Source of the DNA: a bacterium
Lineage (GTDB): Bacteria; Joyebacterota; Joyebacteria; Joyebacterales; Joyebacteraceae
NCBI GenBank assembly: GCA_025774935.1
Contig: JALGZK010000017.1
Coordinates: 3,308-67,307 of the forward strand
Direction: 5' to 3'
DNA length: 64,000 nt
Made by a program: the position numbers and the translations under genes. Position 1 is the first letter of the stretch. Every line of letters begins with the position of its first letter. Below, one piece after another: positions 28,353 through 38,959 of the stretch. Under the pieces are notes generated by a model. The model saw only the letters and a list, made by a program, of their open reading frames with translations, was not told the origin of the DNA and did no database searches.

Positions 28353-29858
28353 CTATCTACCGCCGCCCACGCGCCATCCGCCGAGCGTGTCCCACGGCGA
28401 CGGCGCCCTCTCCGTCAAGACGGAACCGGTCGAAGTCTCCGACGAGAGCGCGAGTGCGCCGGCGATGAGGGCGACGTCCGCGAGGGCGTCGTCCGCCCCG
28501 GCCGCCCCGTCGCCGCCCCAGTCCCGCATGTGCTTCTCGATGAAATCGGTCTGCGTGTCCCCCGCGGCGAACGCGGGGTTCTCGATGATCGCCTTCAGGT
28601 ACTCGACCGTCGTCTCGATGCCGAGGATCGTCGTCTCCGAGAGCGCCCGCAGCATGCGGTGCCTCGCCGCTTCCCGGTCGCCAGCGTGCACGATGAGCTT
28701 CGAGAGGATCGGGTCGTAGTGGACCGGTACGTCCCAGCCCTCGTAGATCCCGCAGTCGTGTCTTACGCCAGGACCGGACGGCTCGCGGAACAGCGTCACG
28801 GTCCCGGCCGACGGCAGGAAGTCGTTCCGCGGGTCCTCCGCGTAGATCCGGCACTCGATCGCGTGTCCGCGCTGGACGAGGTCTTCCTGAGCGAGGTCGA
28901 GCCGTTCGCCCGACGCGATCAGGATCTGCTCTCTCACGATGTCGACGCCCGTCACGAACTCGGTGACGGGATGCTCGACCTGCACGCGCGCGTTCACCTC
29001 GAGGAAGTAGAAGTGGCCGTCCTCGTCGAGCAGGAACTCGACGGTGCCCGCGTTCGTGTAGCCGACCGCGCGCGCGGCGCGCACCGCGGTCTCGCCCATG
29101 CGGTTCCTGAGCTCGGGGTCGAGCGCCGTCGACGGCGACTCCTCGACGATCTTCTGGTGGCGCCGCTGTATCGAGCACTCGCGCTCGAAGAGGTGCACGA
29201 CGTTCCCGTGCGTGTCGGCGAGGACCTGGAACTCGACGTGACGCGGCCGCTCGATGAGCTTCTCGATGTAGACCGTGTCGTCCCCGAACGCGGACTTCGC
29301 GACGCGGCTCGACGCTTCGAGCGCTCCGGCGAGGTCGCCCTCGGCGCGCACGACAGTCATCCCCTTGCCGCCCCCGCCCGCCGAGGCCTTGACGAGGACG
29401 GGGTAACCCATCTCCGCGGCCTTCGACGTGTACTCGGCGAGGTCCTCGCCTTTCCCGAGCATGCCCGGGATGATCGGCACGCCCTCGGCCTTCATCGTCT
29501 CGCGCGAACGGATCTTGTCGCCGACGAGCGAGAGCGCCTCCGAAGTCGGACCGATGAACGTGATCCCCGCCTCCTCGCACGCCGCAGCGAACCTGCTGTT
29601 CTCGGCCAGGAACCCGTAGCCAGGGTGGATTGCGTCGGCGCCTACCTTCCGCGCGGCCGCGATGACGGCGTCGATGTCCAGGTAGCTCTCGAGCGCCGGG
29701 GCCGGGCCGACGTGGACCGCCTCCTCGGCCTCGAGCACGTGGAGGGAGGCGCGGTCTGCGTCCGAGTAGATGGCGGCCGACGGGACCCCCATGTCGCGGC
29801 AGGCCCTGATGACCCTGACGGCGATCTCGCCGCGGTTGGCCACGAGGATCTTATCCAT
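28353..29858 (-). CDS. Biotin carboxylase subunit of an acyl-CoA carboxylase
   Basis: MDKILVANRGEIAVRVIRA ... ATP-grasp motifs. Confidence 0.9.
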   Translation of the reverse strand: MDKILVANRGEIAVRVIRACRDMGVPSAAIYSDADRASLHVLEAEEAVHVGPAPALESYLDIDAVIAAARKVGADAIHPGYGFLAENSRFAAACEEAGITFIGPTSEALSLVGDKIRSRETMKAEGVPIIPGMLGKGEDLAEYTSKAAEMGYPVLVKASAGGGGKGMTVVRAEGDLAGALEASSRVAKSAFGDDTVYIEKLIERPRHVEFQVLADTHGNVVHLFERECSIQRRHQKIVEESPSTALDPELRNRMGETAVRAARAVGYTNAGTVEFLLDEDGHFYFLEVNARVQVEHPVTEFVTGVDIVREQILIASGERLDLAQEDLVQRGHAIECRIYAEDPRNDFLPSAGTVTLFREPSGPGVRHDCGIYEGWDVPVHYDPILSKLIVHAGDREAARHRMLRALSETTILGIETTVEYLKAIIENPAFAAGDTQTDFIEKHMRDWGGDGAAGADDALADVALIAGALALSSETSTGSVLTERAPSPWDTLGGWRVGGGR

Positions 29859-30660
29859 CGGACCCCCCGTCGCTCTTCGCCATCCACCGTGGCTTCCGCT
29901 TCTCGAGGAACGCGGTCATGCCCTCCTGGCCCTCGTCGGAGACGCGGACCTCGGCGATGACCTTCGCGGTGTAGCTCTTCGCCTCCTCGAGAGGCATCTC
30001 CCGCACGTTGTCGAGGAGCTCCTTGCAGACACGGAGCGCCTCGGGTCCGCTCGAGATGAGGCGACCGACGACCTCCCCGACGTACTCGTCCAGTTCGTCC
30101 TCGTCGGCGACGTCGTTCACGAGGCCGAGGCGGTAGGCCTTCTTCGCCTTCATCCGCTCCCCCGAGAGGAAGAACTCGCGGCACGCGCCGGGACCCGCCC
30201 GCATGATCACGTAGGGCGAGATGCACGCCGGAACGAGACCGATCTTGACCTCCGAGAGGCTGATGACGGCCTTCTTCGACGCGATGACTATGTCGTTCGC
30301 CGCCATGAGCCCCGCGCCGCCGCCGATCGCGTAGCCGTTCACGCGCGCGACGGTCGGCTTCCGGAGCTTGTGGATGAGCTCCATCACGTCCGAGATCTTG
30401 AGGCTGTCGGCGAGGTTCTCGTCGAACGAGTAGTTCACCGTGTGCTTCATGTAGTTCAGGTCGGCGCCGGCGCAGAACGAGTTCCCCTCGCCCGTGAGGA
30501 CGACGACGCGCACGCCGGGGTCGTCCTCGAGCTTCCGGTACGCGTCGAGGAGCTCGTCGAGCATGACGTCGTTGAACGCGTTCTTGACCTCCGGGCGCGA
30601 GAGCGTGACCGTGGCCACCTGGTCCTCGACCCCGACCCTGATCGTCGTGTAGTCGCTCAT
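29851..30660 (-). CDS. Enoyl-CoA hydratase (methylglutaconyl-CoA hydratase-like)
   Basis: ATG 30658-30660 (MSDYTTIRVGV). Crotonase motifs. Confidence 0.8.
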   Translation of the reverse strand: MSDYTTIRVGVEDQVATVTLSRPEVKNAFNDVMLDELLDAYRKLEDDPGVRVVVLTGEGNSFCAGADLNYMKHTVNYSFDENLADSLKISDVMELIHKLRKPTVARVNGYAIGGGAGLMAANDIVIASKKAVISLSEVKIGLVPACISPYVIMRAGPGACREFFLSGERMKAKKAYRLGLVNDVADEDELDEYVGEVVGRLISSGPEALRVCKELLDNVREMPLEEAKSYTAKVIAEVRVSDEGQEGMTAFLEKRKPRWMAKSDGGSDG

Positions 30661-30698
30661 GCGTTCGCGTTCCTCCGGCGCGGGGCGACCCGCGCGGG

Positions 30699-32306
30699 CT
30701 ACATCCTGAAGACCCCGTACTTCTGGTCGGGGATCGGCGCGTTCAGTGCCATCGCGATCCCGAGCGCGAGGGCCGACCGCGTGTCGAGCGGATCGATGAT
30801 GCCGTCGTCCCAGAGCCGGGCCGTAGAGTAGTATGCCGCCGCCTCGTGCTCGTACCGCTCGAGCACGGGCTTCATGAACTCCTGCTGCTCCTCGGGCGTC
30901 ATCTCTTTCCCCTGCTTCTTGAGCTGACGCATCTTGACGGTGAGGAGGACGTTCGCCGCCTGCTCGCCGCCCATGACGCAGATCTTCGCGTTCGGCCACA
31001 TCCAGAGGAGCCTCGGGTCGTACGCGCGGCCGCACATGCCGTAGTTGCCCGCGCCGTACGAGCCGCCTACGATCACCGTGAACTTCGGGACGTCGGCGTT
31101 CGCGACGGCGTGAACGAGCTTCGCGCCGTCGCTCGCGATGGCGCCGTGCTCGTACTCCCGACCGACGATGAACCCCGTGATGTTCTGGAGGAAGATCAAC
31201 GGGATCTTCCTCATCGTGCACAGCTCGATGAAGTGCGCGCCCTTCTTGGCGCTCTCGGAGAACAGGACGCCGTTGTTGGCGAGGATCCCGACCGGGTAGC
31301 CCATGATGCGCGCGAACCCGGTGACGAGGGTGATGCCGTAGAGCTCCTTGAACTCGTGGAAGCGGCTGCCGTCCACGAGGCGCGCGATGACTTCCCGCAT
31401 GTCGAACGGCTTCCGGAGGTCCGGCGGTACGATCCCGTAGAGCTCGTCGGGGTCGTACGCGGGGTCCTCGGGCGCGCTCACGCCGAGTTCGAACCGCTTT
31501 GGCGGGTCGAGGTTCTCGACCACGTTCCGCGCGATCGCGAGCGCGTGCTCGTCGTTCAGGGCGTAGTGGTCGGTAACGCCGGATATCCGGCAGTGCACGT
31601 CCGCGCCGCCCAGCTCCTCGGCCGTCACCTCCTCCCCCGTCGCGGCCTTCACGAGAGGCGGGCCCCCGATGAAGATCGTGCCCTGCTCCTTCACGATCAC
31701 CGTCTCATCGCTCATCGCGGGAACGTACGCCCCCCCCGCCGTGCACGAGCCCATCACGATCGAGATCTGCGGGACGCCCATGGCTGAGAGCTTGGCCTGG
31801 TTGTAGAAGATCCGGCCGAAATGCTCCTTGTCGGGGAACGTCCCCGACTGGTGCGGCAGGAATATGCCTCCCGAGTCCACGAGGTAGACGCAGGGAAGCC
31901 TGTTCTCCATCGCGACATCCTGCGCGCGCACGTGCTTCTTGATGGTCATCGGGAAGTACGTGCCACCCTTAACCGTCGCGTCGTTCGCGACCACGAGGAC
32001 CTCGCGACCGTGCACCCGCCCGACCCCCGTCACCATCCCGGCCTGGGGCGCCTCGTTGTCGTACATGTCGTAGGCCGCGAGCGGCGAGAGCTCGACGAAC
32101 GGCGTGTTCGGGTCGAACAGCTTCTCGAGCCGCTCACGGACGAGGAGCTTCCCGCGCTTCTTGTGGCGCTCGCGCTGCGACTCGGGACCGCCCAGGCTCA
32201 CGCGCTCGAGGCGCTCCCTGAACTCCCCGACCACCTCGAGCATCCGGGCCCGGTTTTCCCGGAACTCGGCGCTCTTCGTGTCGACTTTGCTCTCGATCCG
32301 GTACAT
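30699..32306 (-). CDS. Acyl-CoA carboxylase carboxyltransferase subunit (methylcrotonyl-CoA carboxylase beta-like)
   Basis: 535 aa carboxyltransferase with two crotonase-like halves. Confidence 0.85.
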   Translation of the reverse strand: MYRIESKVDTKSAEFRENRARMLEVVGEFRERLERVSLGGPESQRERHKKRGKLLVRERLEKLFDPNTPFVELSPLAAYDMYDNEAPQAGMVTGVGRVHGREVLVVANDATVKGGTYFPMTIKKHVRAQDVAMENRLPCVYLVDSGGIFLPHQSGTFPDKEHFGRIFYNQAKLSAMGVPQISIVMGSCTAGGAYVPAMSDETVIVKEQGTIFIGGPPLVKAATGEEVTAEELGGADVHCRISGVTDHYALNDEHALAIARNVVENLDPPKRFELGVSAPEDPAYDPDELYGIVPPDLRKPFDMREVIARLVDGSRFHEFKELYGITLVTGFARIMGYPVGILANNGVLFSESAKKGAHFIELCTMRKIPLIFLQNITGFIVGREYEHGAIASDGAKLVHAVANADVPKFTVIVGGSYGAGNYGMCGRAYDPRLLWMWPNAKICVMGGEQAANVLLTVKMRQLKKQGKEMTPEEQQEFMKPVLERYEHEAAAYYSTARLWDDGIIDPLDTRSALALGIAMALNAPIPDQKYGVFRM

Positions 32307-32378
32307 CGGTCGGACCTCTTCCTGTTCGGGCCTCGTGCGGGTCCCGTTCGGGCATCGCGGTCGCCGCGCGTACGCTCG

Positions 32379-32774
32379 CTACTTGTCCGGCACGAACTTG
32401 TAGCCGTAGCAGAGGATCCCCGCCTCGCCTTCCTCGCGGATCTTCCGGAACTCGATCTTGATCGGCAGACCGACCTCGAGGTCGTCGAAGTCTACGTCGG
32501 CGATCTGGCCGGTCATGCGAACACCGCCCTCGAGCTCCACGATCCCCATCGCGTAGGGCGTCTGTTCGCAGAACTCCGACGGTCCAACGCGAATCACCGT
32601 GTAGGTCAGGAGCTTCCCGCGGTCGTCGAGCTTGATCTCCTCGAACTCGCGTCCGCCACAGCCCGAGCAGACGACCCGCGGCGGGAAGAACTGCGCGCCG
32701 CAGTCGGTGCACTTCTCCGCCTCGAGACGGTAACGCTGGGGAATCCCCCTCCAGTACTTCGCTGATGTCGACAT
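32379..32774 (-). CDS. DUF35 OB-fold/zinc-ribbon protein (thiolase/HMG-CoA synthase scaffold)
   Basis: 131 aa, CTDCGAQFFPPRVVCSGCG zinc ribbon + OB fold. Adjacent to thiolase and HMGCS. Confidence 0.8.
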   Translation of the reverse strand: MSTSAKYWRGIPQRYRLEAEKCTDCGAQFFPPRVVCSGCGGREFEEIKLDDRGKLLTYTVIRVGPSEFCEQTPYAMGIVELEGGVRMTGQIADVDFDDLEVGLPIKIEFRKIREEGEAGILCYGYKFVPDK

Positions 32775-32849
32775 CCGTTGTCCTCCGTGACTCCTGGGAA
32801 CTGTTCTCGTCGGGGCGCCCGGCCGGGAGCCCCGCTCCTCCCTGGGACT

Positions 32850-34007
32850 CTACACCTTCCCAAGGATGTGCGCGACGCACGACCCGCCGGTGCCGCCCAT
32901 GTTCTGGGTCATGCCTACCTTCGCTCCCTCGACCTGGCGCTCGCCGGCGTCTCCCCTGAGCTGCTTCACGGTCTCGACGATCTGAGCGATACCGGTCGCG
33001 CCGACTGGGTGGCCCTTCGACTTGAGGCCCCCTGACGGATTCACCGGAATGCGTCCGCCCATGGCGGTCTCGCCGCTCGGCGCGCCCGTTCCGCCCTTCC
33101 CCTTCTCGAAGAACCCGAGCGCCTCGATGACCGCGATCTCCGCGATCGTGAAGCAGTCGTGGACCTCGACGAAGTCGATGTCGGCGGGCGTGAGCCCCGC
33201 ACCCTTGTACGCGACCTCTCCGGCCTTGGCGACCGCCGAGAGCCACGTCAGGTCCTGCCGCGAGTGGAGCGCGATCGAGTCGGTCGCGTGCGCCGACGAA
33301 AGGATCTTGACCGGAGCCTTGTGGCTCAAGTCCTTGGCCATGTCGAGCGGACAGAGGATCGCGCCGGCCGCGCCGTCGGTGATCGGCGAGCAGTCGAGGA
33401 TCGTGAGCGGATCCGCGATCATGACCGAGTTCAGGACCTGGTCGACCGTCACCTCGAACGGGTACTGCGCGAGCGGGTTCTTCGCTCCGTTCTTGTGGTT
33501 CTTGACGGAGACCTCCGCCAGCTGCTCTCGCGTCGTCCCGTACGCGTGCATGTGCGCGACCGCGAGCAGCGCGTAGAGGCCCGGGAAGGTGATGCCGTGG
33601 TAGACCTCGTACTCGGCGTCGGCCGCCGTGGAAAGCGCGTACGTCGCTCCGGCGCCGTCGACGTCGGTCATCTTCTCGACGCCGCTCGCGAGCACGATGT
33701 CATTCGCGCCCGAGGCCACGTCGAAGTACGCCTGCCTGAATGCCGCGCCTCCCGAGGCGCAGGCGCTCTCGACGCGGAGCGCCGGGATCGGCGCGACGCC
33801 GAGGTAGTCGGCGAGGAGCGACCCCAGGTGCTCCTGCCCGACGAAGAGGCCGCTCGTCATGCAGCCTACGTACATCGAGTCGATGTGGTCGACGCCCGCG
33901 TCGTCGATCGCGAGCATCGCGGATTCGGTGAAGATGTCGCGGAGGGATTTCTCCCACAGCTCCCCCCACTTCTGCATCCCCACGCCGATGACTGCCACGT
34001 CCCTCAT
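32850..34007 (-). CDS. Thiolase (archaeal-type acetoacetyl-CoA thiolase, DUF35-partnered)
   Basis: 385 aa thiolase fold ([17 protein letters not shown]). Confidence 0.8.
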   Translation of the reverse strand: MRDVAVIGVGMQKWGELWEKSLRDIFTESAMLAIDDAGVDHIDSMYVGCMTSGLFVGQEHLGSLLADYLGVAPIPALRVESACASGGAAFRQAYFDVASGANDIVLASGVEKMTDVDGAGATYALSTAADAEYEVYHGITFPGLYALLAVAHMHAYGTTREQLAEVSVKNHKNGAKNPLAQYPFEVTVDQVLNSVMIADPLTILDCSPITDGAAGAILCPLDMAKDLSHKAPVKILSSAHATDSIALHSRQDLTWLSAVAKAGEVAYKGAGLTPADIDFVEVHDCFTIAEIAVIEALGFFEKGKGGTGAPSGETAMGGRIPVNPSGGLKSKGHPVGATGIAQIVETVKQLRGDAGERQVEGAKVGMTQNMGGTGGSCVAHILGKV

Positions 34008-34065
34008 GTGATGTCTCCTGTCGGTTCGGTTCCAGCCAGTGTCCGTTCGTCGAGTCGCGTGTCGG

Positions 34066-35109
34066 CTACTCGCCCATCCGGATCTTCCGGCGGTACTTCG
34101 CGTAGGTCCCGTACTCGATGTAGGTCTTCTTGTCGAGGAGCTCCCTCGTCCCAGGGGCGACGTTCCTGACTTCGTCGATCCTGTCGGTCACCTCGAACAC
34201 GAACCCGTCGCTGCCCGCGCCGGAGCCGTAGCTGACCATGAGGACCATGTCGCCCGGCTTCGCAACGTCGAGCGTCGCCGTGAGACCCATCGGGGAGCTG
34301 CCCGAGTAGGTGTTCCCGAGGGTCGGCGAGAGCCAGCCCGGATCGATTTGCTCCTTCGTGAACCCGAGCATCTTGCCGACCCTCTGCGGGAACTTCCCGT
34401 TGGGCTGATGGAAGACCACGTACGCGAAGTCCTTCGGCTCCATCTTCACCTTCGCCATGATACCCTTCGCGCACCCCATGATGTGCTTGAAGTACGCGGG
34501 CTCGCCGGTGAACCTGCCGGCGTGCCGCGGGTAGTGCATGTAGCTTCGGCGCCAGAAGTCGGGCGTGTCGGTCATGAACGAGTAAGTCTCGATGACCTTC
34601 GCGACTCCGGGGTCGCGCCCGATGACGAACGACGCGGCGCCCGCGGCGGCCGAGTACTCGAGCGCGTCGCTCGGGGCGCCCTGCGACGTGTCCGCCCCGA
34701 CGGCGAGCCCGTACTCGATCTTCTCCGAGTCCACGAGTCCCATGCAGACGAACATCGCCTCCGACCCGGCCTTACACGCGAACTCGAAGTCGGCGCAGTG
34801 GACCTCCGGCGTCGCGCCGATCGCTTCCGCGAGCACGGTGCCGGACGGCTTGACCGCGTAGGGGTGCGATTCCGAACCGACGTAGACCGCCCCGATCTTC
34901 GACGGGTCGATCTCCGCCCTCGTGAGCGCGTGCTTCGTCGCCTCGACCGACATCGTGATGACGTCCTGATCGGGCGACGGCACGGATTTCTCCTGAAGCA
35001 TCAGACCGCGCTTGTAGCTCGGCGCGTCCGCCCCCCAGACCTTGGCGATCTCTTCCACCTTGATCCTGTTCCGGGGCATGTAAGCGCCGTAACCGATGAT
35101 CCCTGCCAT
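34066..35109 (-). CDS. Hydroxymethylglutaryl-CoA synthase (archaeal-type)
   Basis: ATG 35107-35109 after GGGAGGAAG ([13 protein letters not shown]). HMGCS motifs ([20 protein letters not shown]). Confidence 0.8.
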   Translation of the reverse strand: MAGIIGYGAYMPRNRIKVEEIAKVWGADAPSYKRGLMLQEKSVPSPDQDVITMSVEATKHALTRAEIDPSKIGAVYVGSESHPYAVKPSGTVLAEAIGATPEVHCADFEFACKAGSEAMFVCMGLVDSEKIEYGLAVGADTSQGAPSDALEYSAAAGAASFVIGRDPGVAKVIETYSFMTDTPDFWRRSYMHYPRHAGRFTGEPAYFKHIMGCAKGIMAKVKMEPKDFAYVVFHQPNGKFPQRVGKMLGFTKEQIDPGWLSPTLGNTYSGSSPMGLTATLDVAKPGDMVLMVSYGSGAGSDGFVFEVTDRIDEVRNVAPGTRELLDKKTYIEYGTYAKYRRKIRMGE

Positions 35110-35164
35110 GTAGACCTCGCTTCCTCCCTCTGAATCCCGCGCCGGCCCACTGCCGGCGACTGAG

Positions 35165-36244
35165 CTAGCACATGATGTTGCGAACGAGCTGTATTCTGCC
35201 GACCCTCCACGCCGCGTTCGAGACCGCGACATTGTACGGGGTCGTGTTCTCTTTCTTCGCCGTCGTGATGATGTCGGCCATCACGTCGTAGACGCGCCTC
35301 GCCTCCTCCAGCAGGCGCTCGCGCGGTGCGCCGCGGAGGTGGGGCTCGGTCTGGTAGAGCTCCGCTCCGGCGATCACGAAGTCGGGAGCGTAGATGATCC
35401 CGCGGTCCTTGAGGACGTCCGCGTGGTGCGGTTCCTCGAGGATGTCGGAGGCACACCCCGCGACGATCCTGCACTGGAGCTGCGGGATCGTCTCGTCGTT
35501 CAGGATCCTCCCGATCGCGCACGGCGACAGGACGTCGCACTCTGTCCTGAGAATGGCGTCGGGCCGGACGATCGTGATGTCGGGGTAGTCCTCCTCCACT
35601 TCCTTCAGTCGCTCGTAGTAGTCGTCCTGCACTTCCTTCAGGCGGTCGTACCGGACATCGGTGATCGTGATCTCTGCCCCCTCCTCGGCGAGCTTGCCGA
35701 CCAGGAACGCTCCCACCTTCCCCACGCCCTGAACCGCCACGCGGAGCCCCTTCAGACTCGACGTGCCCTTGAGGTCGCGGACGCAGGCCTTCATCCCCCA
35801 AAGGACGCCCATGCCCGTGATCTCGTGGCTCCCCGCCATCGGCACGACGCTCGTGGTCTCGCGCCGCACGTGGAGGAAGTCCCGGTCGGACGTCCCGAAC
35901 GCCGGGTAGGTGACGAAGAGCCCCTTCAGCCCCTCGACGAACCGCCCGAACGCGCGGTAGTAGGCCTCGTCGATCTCCTGCCCCTCCTCGGCCATGAGGA
36001 TCGCCTTCCCCCCGCCCATGTCCGACTCGAACGACGCGCTCTGGTAGGTCATCATCTCCGAGAGCCTCAGCGCGTCGAAGATCGCCTCGTCCTCACTGCC
36101 GTACTCCATGAGCCGCGTGCCGCCGACCGACGTACCGAGCGTCGTGTCGTGGATGGCGATGATCGCCCGGAGGCCGGTCGGCCGGTTGAAGCAGAAGATC
36201 AGCTGCTCGTGGCGGCTCTTCTTCATGCGGTCGAAGATGCTCAT
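35165..36244 (-). CDS. Glu/Leu/Phe/Val dehydrogenase family, second paralog
   Basis: ATG 36242-36244 (MSIFDRM). GGTR motif, Rossmann VQGVGKVG. Confidence 0.8.
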   Translation of the reverse strand: MSIFDRMKKSRHEQLIFCFNRPTGLRAIIAIHDTTLGTSVGGTRLMEYGSEDEAIFDALRLSEMMTYQSASFESDMGGGKAILMAEEGQEIDEAYYRAFGRFVEGLKGLFVTYPAFGTSDRDFLHVRRETTSVVPMAGSHEITGMGVLWGMKACVRDLKGTSSLKGLRVAVQGVGKVGAFLVGKLAEEGAEITITDVRYDRLKEVQDDYYERLKEVEEDYPDITIVRPDAILRTECDVLSPCAIGRILNDETIPQLQCRIVAGCASDILEEPHHADVLKDRGIIYAPDFVIAGAELYQTEPHLRGAPRERLLEEARRVYDVMADIITTAKKENTTPYNVAVSNAAWRVGRIQLVRNIMC

Positions 36245-36675
36245 TCCTCTTCGAACTCCTTCTTGTCGCACATCTCGGTCATCGCGCCGAACGTGCTCTT
36301 CGGGTGAAGGAATGCGATGCGGCCTCCCTCGATTCCCGGTTTCGGCTTCTCGTCGACCACCCGGAAGCCCGCTGCCTCTGCGGCGGCGAGCCCTTCCTCG
36401 AGATCGGGGACCTCATACGCGAGGTGGTGAAAACCCGGGCCCCGCTTCTCGAGGAAGTCCATGATGGGGCCGGGCCCCAGCGGCTCGATCACCTCCACCA
36501 TCACGTCCCCGGCCCTGAGGAACGCGGCCTTGACCCCGTGGAGCTCGGACTCCTCGACCTTCACTACCTCGAGGCCGAGGAGGTCGACGTAGAGGCGGAG
36601 CGCCTCGTCGACGCTCTCGACCACGAACGACACGTGGTCGATCTTCCTGGCCTTCGTCGTCGGTGCGTGCGGCAT
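36241..36675 (-). CDS. mce: Methylmalonyl-CoA epimerase (VOC/glyoxalase fold)
   Basis: 144 aa C-terminal part of Arg-rich ORF. IDHVSFVV ... FHHLAYEV ... AFLHP VOC motifs. ATG 36673-36675. Confidence 0.75.
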   Translation of the reverse strand: MPHAPTTKARKIDHVSFVVESVDEALRLYVDLLGLEVVKVEESELHGVKAAFLRAGDVMVEVIEPLGPGPIMDFLEKRGPGFHHLAYEVPDLEEGLAAAEAAGFRVVDEKPKPGIEGGRIAFLHPKSTFGAMTEMCDKKEFEEE

Positions 36676-36689
36676 TCCGGTCTCCGCTC

Positions 36690-38381
36690 CTACCACAGGC
36701 CGCCTGCGGGTCGGTACCTTCCGAACACTTCCTCGACCGCCGCCGACATCTCCCCCAGGGTCGCGCGGGCCCTCGCGCACTCGATGACGGCCGGCATGGT
36801 CGGGGTGCCGCTCCGGGCGTCGGCGGTCAGCCGCGCGAGCGCCCCGTCCACCTTCGACGCGTCGCGGCCGGCCCTGAGCTCCGCGAGCGCCTCGGACTTC
36901 GATTCCCGGAGCGCCGGGTCGACCCGGAGGATCTCCATGCGCGTGGGCTCGTCGATCTCGTAGCGGTTCACTCCGACGACGACCCGCGCCCCCTCCTCGA
37001 TCTCCTTCTGCTGCCGGTACGCGCTCTGCGCGATCGACTTCTGGTAGTAGCCGCTCTCGATCGCGGCGGTGGCGCCGCCCATCCCGTCGATCTTCTCGAG
37101 CTCGGCCGAAGCCTCGCGCTCGATCTCGCCGGTCAGCCACTCGACGTAGTACGAGCCACCGAGCGGATCGACCACGTTCGCGACGCCGGACTCCTCGGCG
37201 ATCACCTGCTGGGTCCGGAGCGCGATCCGCGCGCTCTCCTCGGTCGGGAGCGCCAGCGCCTCGTCGCGCGAGTTCGTGTGGAGCGACTGCGTCCCGCCGA
37301 GCACGGCCGCGAGCGCCTGCACGGCCACCCGGACGACGTTCACCTCGGGCTGCTGCGCCGTGAGGCTCACGCCTGCGGTCTGCGTGTGGAACCTGAGCAT
37401 CTGCGCGCGCGGCGACTCGACTCCGAAACGGTCCCGCACGATCCTCGCCCACATCCTCCTCGCGGCCCGCATCTTCGCGACCTCTTCGAAGAGGTCGTTG
37501 TGGGCGTCGAAGAAGAACGAGAGCCTTCCCGCGAACTTCTCGAGGTCGAGCCCCCGCTCCCTCGCCGCCTCGACGTAGGCGACGGCGTCGGCGAGCGTGA
37601 ACGCGAGCTCCTGCGCCGCGGTCGAGCCGGCCTCGCGGATGTGATAGCCCGAGACCGATATCGTGTTCCATTTCGGGACCTCGGCGCCGCAGTACTCGCA
37701 GAGGTCCATGGCGAACCCGACCGACTCCCGAGGCGGATAGGCGTAGGTTCCGCGCGCGGCATACTCCTTCAGGATGTCGTTCTGAACCGTCCCGCGGAGC
37801 TCGGCCGCGGCCACTCCCTGCTCCTCGGCGACTACGAGGTACATGCCCATGACGAAGGGCGCCGTCGCGTTGATCGTCATCGAGGTCGAGACCTCGCCGA
37901 GCGGGATCCCCTCGAAGAGGGTCTTCATGTCCTCGACCGAGCAGATCGAGACGCCGACTCGCCCGACCTCGCCCTCCGCCATGTCGTGGTCGGCGTCGTA
38001 GCCCATCTGCGTCGGGAGGTCGAAGGCGACGGAGAGCCCGGTCTGGCCCTGCTCGAGAAGGTAGCGGAACCGTCTGTTCGTCTCCGCTGCCGTCCCGAAC
38101 CCCGCGTACTGCCTCATCGTCCAGAGGCGGCCGCGGTACATCGTCGGCTGGACGCCCCGCGTGAACGGGTACTCCCCGGGGAACCCGAGATCGTCGCCGA
38201 GGGTCGAAGGCTGGTCGTCCTCGGTGTAGAGCCCGTCGACCTCGACACCCGACTGCGTCGGGAACGCGCCCTTCCGCTCGGGGAACCGCTCGAGCGTCCG
38301 CCTGAGCGTCGTCTCCTCCCAGCGCTTCCGCTCCGCGTTCCCCTTCGCCACCTGCTCTCCCCGCCCGGATGCGCCGGGCAC
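36690..38381 (-). CDS. Methylmalonyl-CoA mutase-family catalytic (substrate-binding TIM barrel) subunit, no B12 domain
   Basis: 563 aa. [22 protein letters not shown] motifs. Ends before a cobalamin-binding domain. Confidence 0.85.
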   Translation of the reverse strand: MPGASGRGEQVAKGNAERKRWEETTLRRTLERFPERKGAFPTQSGVEVDGLYTEDDQPSTLGDDLGFPGEYPFTRGVQPTMYRGRLWTMRQYAGFGTAAETNRRFRYLLEQGQTGLSVAFDLPTQMGYDADHDMAEGEVGRVGVSICSVEDMKTLFEGIPLGEVSTSMTINATAPFVMGMYLVVAEEQGVAAAELRGTVQNDILKEYAARGTYAYPPRESVGFAMDLCEYCGAEVPKWNTISVSGYHIREAGSTAAQELAFTLADAVAYVEAARERGLDLEKFAGRLSFFFDAHNDLFEEVAKMRAARRMWARIVRDRFGVESPRAQMLRFHTQTAGVSLTAQQPEVNVVRVAVQALAAVLGGTQSLHTNSRDEALALPTEESARIALRTQQVIAEESGVANVVDPLGGSYYVEWLTGEIEREASAELEKIDGMGGATAAIESGYYQKSIAQSAYRQQKEIEEGARVVVGVNRYEIDEPTRMEILRVDPALRESKSEALAELRAGRDASKVDGALARLTADARSGTPTMPAVIECARARATLGEMSAAVEEVFGRYRPAGGLW

Positions 38382-38885
38382 CTACTCGATCACGACGAGG
38401 TCCTCGCCCTGGGTCACGCCCTGGCCGACCTCGACCTTGATCTCCTTCACGACCCCGCCGCCGGCGCTCTTGAGCTCGTTCTCCATCTTCATCGCCTCGA
38501 GCGTGACGACTCCTTCTCCGGGCTCGACGGTGCCGCCGACCTCCACCGCTATTCCGACGACGATGCCGGGCATGGGCGCCCTCAGCACCTCGCCCCGCAC
38601 CTCCTCGTCCCCGCCTCCCGCCGCCGCGAGTCTGAGCGCCCGCTCGTCCATCACGCGGGCGTCGTACGTCGACCCGTCGAGGACGATCTGGTAGATCCTG
38701 TCCTTCCTGTGGACCGACACCTCGAACGACTTGTCACCCAGGAGGAGCGAGTAGACCGGCGACCGGCCGATCCGGACGAGGTCGACCGGCTGCGTCTCGT
38801 CGCCGAGCGTGACCTTCGCACCCTCGTCGCTCTTCTCGACCTCGAGTTCGATCTTCCTGTCGGCGATCTCGACCTGGTACTTCAC
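38382..38885 (-). CDS. Biotin carboxyl carrier protein (second copy)
   Basis: 167 aa from GTG 38883-38885. VTLEAMKMENELKS biotinyl motif. Confidence 0.7.
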   Translation of the reverse strand: MKYQVEIADRKIELEVEKSDEGAKVTLGDETQPVDLVRIGRSPVYSLLLGDKSFEVSVHRKDRIYQIVLDGSTYDARVMDERALRLAAAGGGDEEVRGEVLRAPMPGIVVGIAVEVGGTVEPGEGVVTLEAMKMENELKSAGGGVVKEIKVEVGQGVTQGEDLVVIE

Positions 38886-38959
38886 GTGTCCCTCCGCGGT
38901 GTCTCGTCGTCGGTGCGCGCGGGCCTCTTCCAGGCATCCGCCTGTCAGCGAGGAGCCGG

